From: a virus
Reading direction: 5' to 3' (one strand)
IMG/VR virus record: IMGVR_UViG_3300017917_004503
Coordinates: 1-64,000 of that record
Length of the DNA: 64,000 nucleotides
In this document: positions 55,963-64,000 of the stretch, in pieces
Position numbering within the stretch: position 1 is the stretch's first letter
How the letters are laid out: each line of letters opens with the position of its first letter
Translations under genes and position numbers: made by a program
The notes under the pieces: model-generated
Databases searched by the model: none
What the model saw: only the letters and a program-made list of their open reading frames with translations
Told to the model about the DNA's origin: nothing

Positions 55963-57561
55963 ATGGCCGGTTTTGTAAATAATAACGATCCCCAACAGTC
56001 ACCAGTAATTACCAGAATTAGAGATTCTGTGAGAAAGCTGAGCACTTTCGGGATGAAGTATGATGATATGGTCATACGAAACTCTCAGGCAGTTGGTGTT
56101 ACTGAAGCAGCATTCTTAAACAAGAATAAATCCAATGTTGAGGATGAAAGTATGCTATGGACTCTTGCGAAGCAAGATATTACATCAAAGCAGTATGTTT
56201 CATATTTCGATAAAGATTATAAGGGTAAAAGAGATTACCTAAGAAAATTCTCTCTTAATCCTGAAATAGAATGGGTTTTAGACACTGTGTGTGATGAGAC
56301 TATTTCTTACGATCCTGCCAATTTTTTTGCTTATCCTGATTTTTTAGACCTGTCAGACATCAACGAAAAACTAAAGGATTCTCTTTATGAGACGTATCGA
56401 AAACTATATGATGTTTGGGGATTCTCTGATGATATAACTGCATGGCAGTATTTTAGACAATTCCTCGTTGATGGATTTCTTTGTTTCGAAATTATCTATG
56501 ATAATGAGGGAAAGAATATAATAGGATTTAAAGAATTAGATCCTGTTACTATAGTACCTAGCGTAGAAAAGCAAGTAGACGGAAGTTTTTTAAATACCTG
56601 GACCCAATTTCCACAGGATCCAAGAAGAAGACGTGTTCTATATGATCCCCAGATTATTTATATCTCGTATGCTAAGGGCAATTCAATTTCCAGAATAAGT
56701 TATATCGAAAGATTAATTCGTCCTTATAATATCCTTAGAATCATCGAATACACCAGAATTATCTGGTCTGTTATGAATGCTTCTTTTAAATTGAAGATGA
56801 CTGTTCCTATTGGTACTAAATCCCAACAAAAAGGAATGCAAACTCTAGGAGAATTAATGAGCATCTATAAGGAAGACGTTCAATTGAATGATGAAAGTGG
56901 TGAATTGTTTATAGACGGAAGACCTAAAATTCAGTTTTACAAGAATTACCTAATGCCTTCTGGAGTAAACGGAACGCCAACAATTGAACCTTTAACAACA
57001 GAGGGTCCAAACTTAAATGACCCTGCTCCTTTATCATATTTCTTTGATAAGTTTGTACAAGAATCTAAGGTACCTCCATCAAGATTCACTGGTCCAGATG
57101 GAACTAATGCTTCGACCTACACAAATGCTGCTGAGGGATTGGATAAAGAGGAGATTAGATTTGCTAAATTTGTAGAAAGACTTAGATCTATATTCCAGGA
57201 GATATTAACTAAACCTCTGTGGATACAAATGGCTAAAAAATATCCTGAGTTAGAGAAGGACTTTATGTTTAAGAGCCAGCTAGGTCTCGATTATTTTTCA
57301 GATAACCCGTTTAAAATAAACCAAGAAATTGAAGTAATTAATAAAAGAAAAGAATCAGTAACAGCTATGTCAGGTTTACTTGATGATGAGGATAAACCCT
57401 TTTTCTCAGTTCCTTTCCTAATTGAAAATTTCTTAGGAATTTCTAGACAGGATATTGTAGCAAATAAAGAAGCCAAAGAAAGGAAAGAGAAGGAGAAAAA
57501 GAAAGATAGTAAAAAAGATGAAGGCGAAAAAGAGGGTGGAGAGGAAAGCATAACTTTATAA
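55963..57561 (+). CDS. gp20: Portal protein, paralog 1
   Basis: FRQFLVDG, GFKELDP, SYIERL, YF..K..VPPSRF, EEIRFAKFVERLRSIF. Confidence 0.88.
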   Translation: MAGFVNNNDPQQSPVITRIRDSVRKLSTFGMKYDDMVIRNSQAVGVTEAAFLNKNKSNVEDESMLWTLAKQDITSKQYVSYFDKDYKGKRDYLRKFSLNPEIEWVLDTVCDETISYDPANFFAYPDFLDLSDINEKLKDSLYETYRKLYDVWGFSDDITAWQYFRQFLVDGFLCFEIIYDNEGKNIIGFKELDPVTIVPSVEKQVDGSFLNTWTQFPQDPRRRRVLYDPQIIYISYAKGNSISRISYIERLIRPYNILRIIEYTRIIWSVMNASFKLKMTVPIGTKSQQKGMQTLGELMSIYKEDVQLNDESGELFIDGRPKIQFYKNYLMPSGVNGTPTIEPLTTEGPNLNDPAPLSYFFDKFVQESKVPPSRFTGPDGTNASTYTNAAEGLDKEEIRFAKFVERLRSIFQEILTKPLWIQMAKKYPELEKDFMFKSQLGLDYFSDNPFKINQEIEVINKRKESVTAMSGLLDDEDKPFFSVPFLIENFLGISRQDIVANKEAKERKEKEKKKDSKKDEGEKEGGEESITL

Positions 57562-57562
57562 G

Positions 57563-59215
57563 ATGGCAGGATTTTTAGATCTATTTAAACCAAACGAATC
57601 TGCTTTAGGTAACATTCTTAGAAACCTAGGCAAAGTCTCCAAATTTGGGATGGAGTACGATGATATGGTTGTTCGTAATTCTCAAGCAATAGGTAAAAGC
57701 GAAGGATCCTTTTTTAATCAGCAGGGGACTGGGTTTACTCAGGATGATGCTTTTTATTGGACTCTTTCTTATCAGGATACGAAGGTAAGAAAATACATAG
57801 CTTATTTTGATAAGGATTATATTGAAAAAAGAAACTTTCTGAGAAAATTTTCACTCAATGGTGAGATAGAATTTATTTTAGATACTATCACTGACGAATG
57901 TATAACCTATGACGATAGAAATTTTTTCGCAAATCCTTCTTTCATAAATCTTGATTTGAAAGAGAAAATTCTAAATAAAATAACTTCACATTACAATCGC
58001 CTTTATAACATTTTTGGATTTCAGAATTCTATTTTGGCTTGGCAATTATTTAGACAGTTTCTTATTGATGGATTTTTAGCTTTTGAAATAATATACGACA
58101 ACAAAGGAAAAGAAATTATTGGATTTAAAGAATTGGATGCAACCTCTTTGCAGCCAGCAGTAGAAAGAGTTGGTGAAAATGAGTACAAACAATTTTGGAT
58201 TCAATACCCAAAGAATCCTCAGATGACTAGAAAACTCACTAATGAACAGGTTATCTATATTTCTTATGCCAAGGGTAATAGTATTTCCAGAGTTAGCTAT
58301 ATAGAAAGATTAGTAAGATCATATAATATTTTGAGAATCATGGAGAATTCCAGGGTAATCTGGAATGTTATGAATGCTTCTTATAGATTAAAGTTTGTAA
58401 TACCAACTGGAAGCCAGTCTCCTCAAAAAGCTATGCAAACATTAGGACAGTTAATGTCAAATTATAAAGAGGAGATAAGCATAAATGATGCTTCTGGTGA
58501 ATTGACTGTAAACGGAAGACCTAAAGTCCAATTTTACAAAAATTATTTATTTCCTGAAATGAATGGACAATCTCCACAAATTTCATCACTAAATCCTTCC
58601 GGTCCTGATTTTAACGTTATGGAAAATGTTGTTTACTTCTATAATAAGTTAAAAATGGACTCTAAACTTCCTTATGCTAGATTTGCAGCTAGAAGTGCAG
58701 GTCCTTCTAATTATAAGGTAAGTATTGATGCTCTTGAAAGAGATGAGATACGTTTTGAAAAGTTTCTCCGTAGATTGAGATCTATATTTCAAGAAATTTT
58801 GGTTAAACCTCTTTATATACAAATGTGTTTAGATTTTCCTGAATTATCTAGAGATAGAAGCTTTAAGGTTAATCTTGGATTAGATTTTCACAGAGAAAGT
58901 GAATTTGAAGAAATGGTTCAGCTTTCGAATTACACTAAAAGAAGTGAATTTATCAAAGGACTCTATGAATTTAAAATTAAGGCTGGTGATGAGGAAAAGC
59001 CATATTTTGATAATGACTTTCTAATTCAGAGATTTCTAGGTCTGACTCCAGATCAGATTAAAATGAATGAAGAATATAAGAAGAAAGAGGAAAAACAAGC
59101 ACCACAAGCTAAACCTGCCAGTGGAGAAGGCGAATCACCAGAAGGAGAAACGTCAACCCCTCCAGAGGGAGAAGCTCCAGAGGGAGAAGCTCCGGAACCA
59201 GAAGTAACACTTTAA
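57563..59215 (+). CDS. gp20: Portal protein, paralog 2
   Basis: FRQFLIDG, GFKELDA, SYIERL, YFYNKL...LPYARF, RDEIRFEKFLRRLRSIF. Confidence 0.88.
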   Translation: MAGFLDLFKPNESALGNILRNLGKVSKFGMEYDDMVVRNSQAIGKSEGSFFNQQGTGFTQDDAFYWTLSYQDTKVRKYIAYFDKDYIEKRNFLRKFSLNGEIEFILDTITDECITYDDRNFFANPSFINLDLKEKILNKITSHYNRLYNIFGFQNSILAWQLFRQFLIDGFLAFEIIYDNKGKEIIGFKELDATSLQPAVERVGENEYKQFWIQYPKNPQMTRKLTNEQVIYISYAKGNSISRVSYIERLVRSYNILRIMENSRVIWNVMNASYRLKFVIPTGSQSPQKAMQTLGQLMSNYKEEISINDASGELTVNGRPKVQFYKNYLFPEMNGQSPQISSLNPSGPDFNVMENVVYFYNKLKMDSKLPYARFAARSAGPSNYKVSIDALERDEIRFEKFLRRLRSIFQEILVKPLYIQMCLDFPELSRDRSFKVNLGLDFHRESEFEEMVQLSNYTKRSEFIKGLYEFKIKAGDEEKPYFDNDFLIQRFLGLTPDQIKMNEEYKKKEEKQAPQAKPASGEGESPEGETSTPPEGEAPEGEAPEPEVTL

Positions 59216-59261
59216 TTTTTTATGTCCATTTAATCAATTTTTTTTTCGCGAAAAATTCATT

Positions 59262-59269
59262 TACTTTTG
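59262..59269 (+). promoter_or_regulatory. Bacteroidota housekeeping -7 element, early promoter for DNA ligase
   Basis: TACTTTTG 19 nt before ATG 59289. Confidence 0.6.
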
Positions 59270-59288
59270 CTTAAAATAAATTGAAAAA

Positions 59289-60638
59289 ATGATAAACGAA
59301 ATTAAAACTCTCACTCTTTTAGAAGGTCTAACTGGTGAAGGCTCACAGAAAGCCAAACAGGAACTAATAAAAACCAGAATCAATCCCAGACTTTCTTTCA
59401 TCTTGGATGTCTGTTTCAATCCTTTCGTAACAACAAAACTTCACAAATTAAAATTTATTGATTCACCCATCGATTCTCCTTACAGAGAATTTTCTGACGA
59501 TGAACTTTGGAATGAGTTTAAATCGTTAATTGATGATTTGAAAAAAGCACCAGCAGCAAACGATAATCTTCGATCAAGAGCACAGCAACTGATATCTTAT
59601 CGTTTATCTGATGTTGAACAAGAAGATTCAGAGGTAAGAAAAAACCTCATGAAGATTCTAACCAAGAGAATGAATATTGGTATTGGAGCTAAACTTATCA
59701 ATAAAGCTGTTGGTAAGGAATTGATTCCTGATCCTTCATTAATGCTTGCGACCGATGATCATGAGACTATAGAAAAATGGAATTCAATTTATTGTGAAGA
59801 AAAATATGATGGTGTTAGAGTAATAGCTATCTATAAAAATGGTGAATTCTCTTATTTTACTAGAGCTTTTAATGAACTAGATTCGTCTTGTTTCCCTAAG
59901 ATTACTTTCGATCTTAAATTATGTATGATAAATTCTGGCCTTTCTGGCAATTGGTTTTTTGATGGTGAATTAACAGATTTAAATCGTAAATCTGTAAGTG
60001 GAAAGGTAACACAGATTCTTAAAGGAACGGTAGATCATAAAATAGAAGAAGGAATGCTTTTTAATGTTTTTGATTTTGAAGAGCTTTCGACACTAGATAA
60101 AGGTCACGGTGTTATAAACTATGAAACCAGACGTCACACTCTGGAAAAAGTACTTCAAAGTTTAGATTCTTCTTCACCTGTAAAGTTAGCCCAGATGTGG
60201 AAATTAAATGATGCTTCTGAGGTATCTTCCATTTATAAAAAAATAGTAGAACTTGGCGGCGAAGGAGTTATTTGTAAAGATAACGGTATCTATGAATGCA
60301 AGAGATCTAAATCTTGGGTGAAATTTAAAGAAGTTAATGATTGTGATCTTGAAATAGTTGGTTGGTATCCGGGTGAGGGAAAAAGAGAAGGTTTTATCGG
60401 TGGATTCTTTATGACAGATAGTTCTAAAACTCTTCAAGTAAAAGTTGGATCTGGCTTTACTGAAAGCGATCTTAAAAATCTAAGTACAGATCCGGATTCT
60501 TATATTGGTAAAATCGCAGCCGTTCAGTATAATGTTACGATTACTGATAAACATAACAATAGATCTCTTTTCTTACCTCGTTTTATTGAAATTAGAAGTG
60601 ATAAATCAATAGCCGACGATCTTTCAACGAAATTCTAA
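59289..60638 (+). CDS. lig: ATP-dependent DNA ligase
   Basis: EEKYDGVR, FDGEL, FNVFD, EGVICK, KRSKSWVKFK, VGSGF, LFLPRF..IRSDK. Confidence 0.95.
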   Translation: MINEIKTLTLLEGLTGEGSQKAKQELIKTRINPRLSFILDVCFNPFVTTKLHKLKFIDSPIDSPYREFSDDELWNEFKSLIDDLKKAPAANDNLRSRAQQLISYRLSDVEQEDSEVRKNLMKILTKRMNIGIGAKLINKAVGKELIPDPSLMLATDDHETIEKWNSIYCEEKYDGVRVIAIYKNGEFSYFTRAFNELDSSCFPKITFDLKLCMINSGLSGNWFFDGELTDLNRKSVSGKVTQILKGTVDHKIEEGMLFNVFDFEELSTLDKGHGVINYETRRHTLEKVLQSLDSSSPVKLAQMWKLNDASEVSSIYKKIVELGGEGVICKDNGIYECKRSKSWVKFKEVNDCDLEIVGWYPGEGKREGFIGGFFMTDSSKTLQVKVGSGFTESDLKNLSTDPDSYIGKIAAVQYNVTITDKHNNRSLFLPRFIEIRSDKSIADDLSTKF

Positions 60639-60667
60639 GAAACAAGAATTAAAAATTCTACTAAAAA
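60639..60667 (+). promoter_or_regulatory. Middle-type promoter for gp44
   Basis: GAAAC-N18-TAAAAA. Confidence 0.6.
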
Positions 60668-60673
60668 TCCAAT

Positions 60674-61618
60674 ATGATACAAGATTTATTAACAGAAAAA
60701 CTAAGACCCAAGGAGCTAAAACATATGATTTTACCTCCTAGAATTTATAAACAATTTGAATCGGGACTTAATCAAAACGTGCTTTTAAGCGGTCCTCCAG
60801 GATGCGGTAAAACAACTCTAGCCAAGATACTTGCTTCACAACTTCCTTATCTTTTTATTAACGTTTCTGATGAAAGCTCTGTGGAAACGATTAGAGTTAA
60901 AATTAATGATTTTTGCTCAACTATATCTGTACTTGATGGCAAATCTTCTAAAAAAATTGTAATCCTCGATGAGTTTGATGGTGCATCGGATCAGTTTTAT
61001 AAAGCTCTAAGAGGAACTATTGAAAAATTTGCTTCTAATGCCAGATTTGTAGCAACTTGTAACTATATAAACAAAGTTCCTGATGCGATTCAAAGCCGAT
61101 TTGAAGTTATCGATTTTAATCCTGTAAGTTCAGAAGAAGAAGATTTGTTAAAAATGGAGTGGAATAAAAGAGTTAAACTGATCCTGTCTAAACTTGGTAT
61201 TTCCATTGAAGATGTATCCCTTGAAGAATTTAGAAGAAATTATTATCCAGATTTCAGATCTGCACTTAATAAAATTCAATCCTGGATGATAGAAGGAGTG
61301 AAAGTTGTAGATTCTGCTAAAATCAACGAACTTGGTTGGTCCTACGAAGATCTTTACATGATGATAGCCACGTCTAAAGATCCCGTTCAAAATTATCAAA
61401 GTATCGTAGGAGAATATCAAGGCAAAGTTGATGAGGTTATGTCAGCTTTGGGCGGCGAGTTTATAGATTGGATAATCAAAAATCATCCAGATTTAAAGAA
61501 GATCATTCCTGGAGTAATTGTTTTAGTTGCAGACCATCAGGCTCAAAGAACCCAGGTTATCGATCCTATGGTTTCTCTTCTTTCTTTAGTTTTTCAAATC
61601 CAAAAACTTATTTCTTAA
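60674..61618 (+). CDS. gp44: Clamp loader AAA+ subunit (gp44/RFC-like)
   Basis: EKLRP, GPPGCGKTT, ILDEFD, LRG.IE, TCNY, IQSR. Confidence 0.92.
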   Translation: MIQDLLTEKLRPKELKHMILPPRIYKQFESGLNQNVLLSGPPGCGKTTLAKILASQLPYLFINVSDESSVETIRVKINDFCSTISVLDGKSSKKIVILDEFDGASDQFYKALRGTIEKFASNARFVATCNYINKVPDAIQSRFEVIDFNPVSSEEEDLLKMEWNKRVKLILSKLGISIEDVSLEEFRRNYYPDFRSALNKIQSWMIEGVKVVDSAKINELGWSYEDLYMMIATSKDPVQNYQSIVGEYQGKVDEVMSALGGEFIDWIIKNHPDLKKIIPGVIVLVADHQAQRTQVIDPMVSLLSLVFQIQKLIS

Positions 61619-62152
61619 ATGATTCCTCTTTATAAAAGATTGATAGTTGTTGGTAAAGGTGGTTCTGGAAAGGATTATCTTGTAAAACTTCTTAAGGATA
61701 ATGGATATACTTATTCTGTTTCTCATACCTCTAGACCTCCAAGAGAAAATGAAATTGATGGGGTTGATTATTACTTCATAGAAAAAAACATTGCTTTAGA
61801 AATGGCTAAAAAATCTCTTTTCTACGAGTGTGTTGAATTTAACGATTGGTTCTATGGTACATCTCTTGAAGAATTCAATAGAGCGAATCTTTTTATTATG
61901 ACACCATCAGGAATATCCAAATTAAAAGAGGAGGATAGAAAAGAATCTTTTATTATTTTTTTAGACATTGATGAAAAAATACTAACCTCTAGACTGATGA
62001 ACAGAAGAGATGCTGATAGTACAAATAGAAGGATACAAGCCGATAAAATAGATTTTGCTAGCTTTAATGATTTTGATTTGAGAATAACTAACCCAAATTT
62101 CACCATTAAAGATGTTTTAGAAGGCATAGATTCAGTTCATTTTGGAGTTTAA
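61619..62152 (+). CDS. gmk: Guanylate kinase
   Basis: GKGGSGKD, SHTSRPPRENEIDGVDYYF, WFYGT. Confidence 0.88.
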   Translation: MIPLYKRLIVVGKGGSGKDYLVKLLKDNGYTYSVSHTSRPPRENEIDGVDYYFIEKNIALEMAKKSLFYECVEFNDWFYGTSLEEFNRANLFIMTPSGISKLKEEDRKESFIIFLDIDEKILTSRLMNRRDADSTNRRIQADKIDFASFNDFDLRITNPNFTIKDVLEGIDSVHFGV

Positions 62153-62170
62153 TGATAAGTATTGAATTTA

Positions 62171-62199
62171 GAAATTTTTTTCAATAGAAGCACTATAAA
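62171..62199 (+). promoter_or_regulatory. Middle-type promoter for rnh
   Basis: GAAAT-N18-TATAAA. Confidence 0.6.
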
Positions 62200-62213
62200 A
62201 TTGAAATACGATT

Positions 62214-63362
62214 ATGATTAATATTTTGGTTGATGGAAATTATATTTTCCATAAAACTTTCGGGGTTTTTGCAGGATATGGAAGTGTAGATCCAGGAAAG
62301 GTGTTAAAAAATAAATCAGATCAAGCAATGTTTATTAGAAAAGTTGCAACTGATCTTACATCTTCACTTCGTCTTTTACCTGGAGGCGGACGTTTAGTTT
62401 TTACATCTGACAGTAAAAGCTGGAGAAAGGATATAGAAATTGAGGACGGAGGATATAAATCAGGAAGAGTTAAAGATGAGAATGTAGACTGGAGCATTTT
62501 CTTCGATCTTATGCAATCATTCGGAACACATTTAGAAAAGATGGGATTTATTTTTTCTAAAGTTGAAGGTGCGGAAGGTGATGATTTGTTACTTTTTTGG
62601 TCTAATAAATTTGTAAGCATGGGTGAAAGCTGTATTATTATCAGCGGTGACAAAGACCTACATCAACTAGTTAAGATGTCTGGACCTGATGCTTGGACTT
62701 GTGTTTGGAATAACAATTCTAAGAAAAACACGCTCTCTGTACCTATGGGGTGGAAGGACAATTGGCTTAATGAAGCGAATCATTCTGAAGTTACTATTTT
62801 CAATATGGGATCTACTATATCCCCGGAGAAAGAGAGATTAAAGGATTTCATTAAAAAGGTTGAAGTTGAGGAGTTAGATTGTTTCCCTTTTGTCTTCAAT
62901 AAAATTTTGATAGGAGACAAAGGAGATTCAGTTCCAAGTGTTTGGGAGTATGAACAATCAGATAAGACTTACAGGTTTACACAATCTAAAGCAGATAAGA
63001 TTTTCGAACTTTTTAAAGAATCTGAGTTTAAATCTCTTGGGATCACTGAACTCTATGAAGATGATGATTTTCTTAATTGGATTTCTCCTTTGATATTAAA
63101 ACTTTCTAAAGGCGTAGATAGTACAGACAATCGCATCAAAGTGAAAAACAACTGGATCCGAAACCTTAAGCTGATGTGGTTAGATTCATCTATAATACCC
63201 GAAAGAGTATCTCTTTCTACAGAAATCGACATTGAAAGAGGCCTGAAGATGCCCAAAAAATCAGTAACCCTTGATAGAATTAAAATTCTGGAGGGGACAG
63301 ATTGGGTTAATAGTAATTATCAACCTAAAGGATTTGATCCTTTTGAAAATTTTTTAAAGTAA
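62214..63362 (+). CDS. rnh: T4-type RNase H / 5'-3' flap exonuclease
   Basis: LVDGN, SWRK..YKSGR, AEGDD, ISGDKDLHQL, GDKGDSVP, RNLKL. Confidence 0.88.
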   Translation: MINILVDGNYIFHKTFGVFAGYGSVDPGKVLKNKSDQAMFIRKVATDLTSSLRLLPGGGRLVFTSDSKSWRKDIEIEDGGYKSGRVKDENVDWSIFFDLMQSFGTHLEKMGFIFSKVEGAEGDDLLLFWSNKFVSMGESCIIISGDKDLHQLVKMSGPDAWTCVWNNNSKKNTLSVPMGWKDNWLNEANHSEVTIFNMGSTISPEKERLKDFIKKVEVEELDCFPFVFNKILIGDKGDSVPSVWEYEQSDKTYRFTQSKADKIFELFKESEFKSLGITELYEDDDFLNWISPLILKLSKGVDSTDNRIKVKNNWIRNLKLMWLDSSIIPERVSLSTEIDIERGLKMPKKSVTLDRIKILEGTDWVNSNYQPKGFDPFENFLK

Positions 63363-63368
63363 AAGAAA

Positions 63369-63800
63369 ATGCAACTTTTTGATATAGTCAAGCTTATTTT
63401 CACTAACAAAGAATCCGAATGGAAAACTGTTGGAAAAAACGATAAAACCCGAAATTTCTTTATGATTAATCGGATTATGTCAATAAACTTTCCAGTTCAG
63501 GCAAACCAATTTAATAAACTGAAAGTAATACCCTTTCCTGTAGTTGATTGGTGGCACGATACACTCCACACCAGATACACGAGATCACCTCAGTGGATTT
63601 ATACGCAAACTAAAAAATCTAATGATTCTTCAAAATCTGACGATAAGAAAAATTTCGAAGCAACAGAAGATTTTATTAGATCTAAGTACAATATCTCAAA
63701 AAAAGATTTACAGCAAATAAAGAAATTCTATCCAAAGAAGTATGAAAAATGGTTAAACGATGTTTCTGAACAGGTTGGACTACAAACAAAGAATATATAA
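63369..63800 (+). CDS. Clamp loader small subunit (gp62-like)
   Basis: FFMINRIMS....ANQFN resembles gp62; near gp44. Confidence 0.5.
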   Translation: MQLFDIVKLIFTNKESEWKTVGKNDKTRNFFMINRIMSINFPVQANQFNKLKVIPFPVVDWWHDTLHTRYTRSPQWIYTQTKKSNDSSKSDDKKNFEATEDFIRSKYNISKKDLQQIKKFYPKKYEKWLNDVSEQVGLQTKNI

Positions 63801-63803
63801 AAC

Positions 63804-64000
63804 ATGAAAAAGAATTCAACAGAGAATAAGTTAGTAGATAAGATTATATCCAGCTTGGATTGGGACTCTATACTCGAAGTTAATAAGTGCTTCAAGTTAG
63901 GTGTTGGTGAGGGTAGCTCTGTGATACCTGGTATTAAAAGAAAGGTTTTTAGTCCTTCATTGAATAAAAATGACATTAAATCTGAGCTTAAAACGCTTCT
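63804..64000 (+). CDS. Partial hypothetical protein running off the window
   Basis: ATG 63804 after late motif 63792; open to the end (MKKNSTENKLVDKIISSLDWDS...). Confidence 0.55.
   Translation, partial: MKKNSTENKLVDKIISSLDWDSILEVNKCFKLGVGEGSSVIPGIKRKVFSPSLNKNDIKSELKTL

Noticed and set aside
550-63976. Short minus-strand ORFs throughout
   Set aside because: All lie opposite well-supported plus-strand genes and show no recognisable motifs
1-64000. Stop-codon reassignment as in some large phages
   Set aside because: Code 11 gives dense full-length genes; TAG and TGA both end genes at sensible boundaries
1-64000. tRNA or rRNA genes
   Set aside because: No cloverleaf/T-loop pattern seen in the few intergenic gaps; tRNAscan-SE would confirm

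Overview
The whole window is a gene-dense, AT-rich, single-strand (+) segment of a large T4-related tailed phage (jumbo-type myovirus), standard genetic code. Bacteroidota-type TAnnTTTG promoters and A-rich, SD-less start contexts point to a Bacteroidota host (inference). Order: glycan biosynthesis cluster (1-8.4 kb); two putative head-internal proteins; recombination/replication genes (uvsX, gp41, gp47/gp46); tail/fibre module with three large Gly-Ser/Thr-Ser repeat fibres followed directly by a GT4 and an Aah/TibC-family protein O-glycosyltransferase; neck, terminase, sheath, two tail tubes, gp26/gp51-like pair, tape-measure-like gene; dCMP deaminase, ECF sigma, nuclease; scaffold-like protein; gp55, gp4, gp2, two portals; ligase, clamp loader, guanylate kinase, RNase H. 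Main observations: (1) a candidate virion protein O-glycosylation system (sugar pathway + transferases + Ser/Thr-rich targets + a recurring G-x-T-G motif); (2) a readable three-tier sigma cascade with host, middle (GAAAY-N18-TAWAAW) and late (RATATATA) promoter motifs; (3) two candidate programmed frameshifts; (4) tandem duplicated portal and tail-tube genes. All family calls come from motifs recognised by eye; no searches were run.
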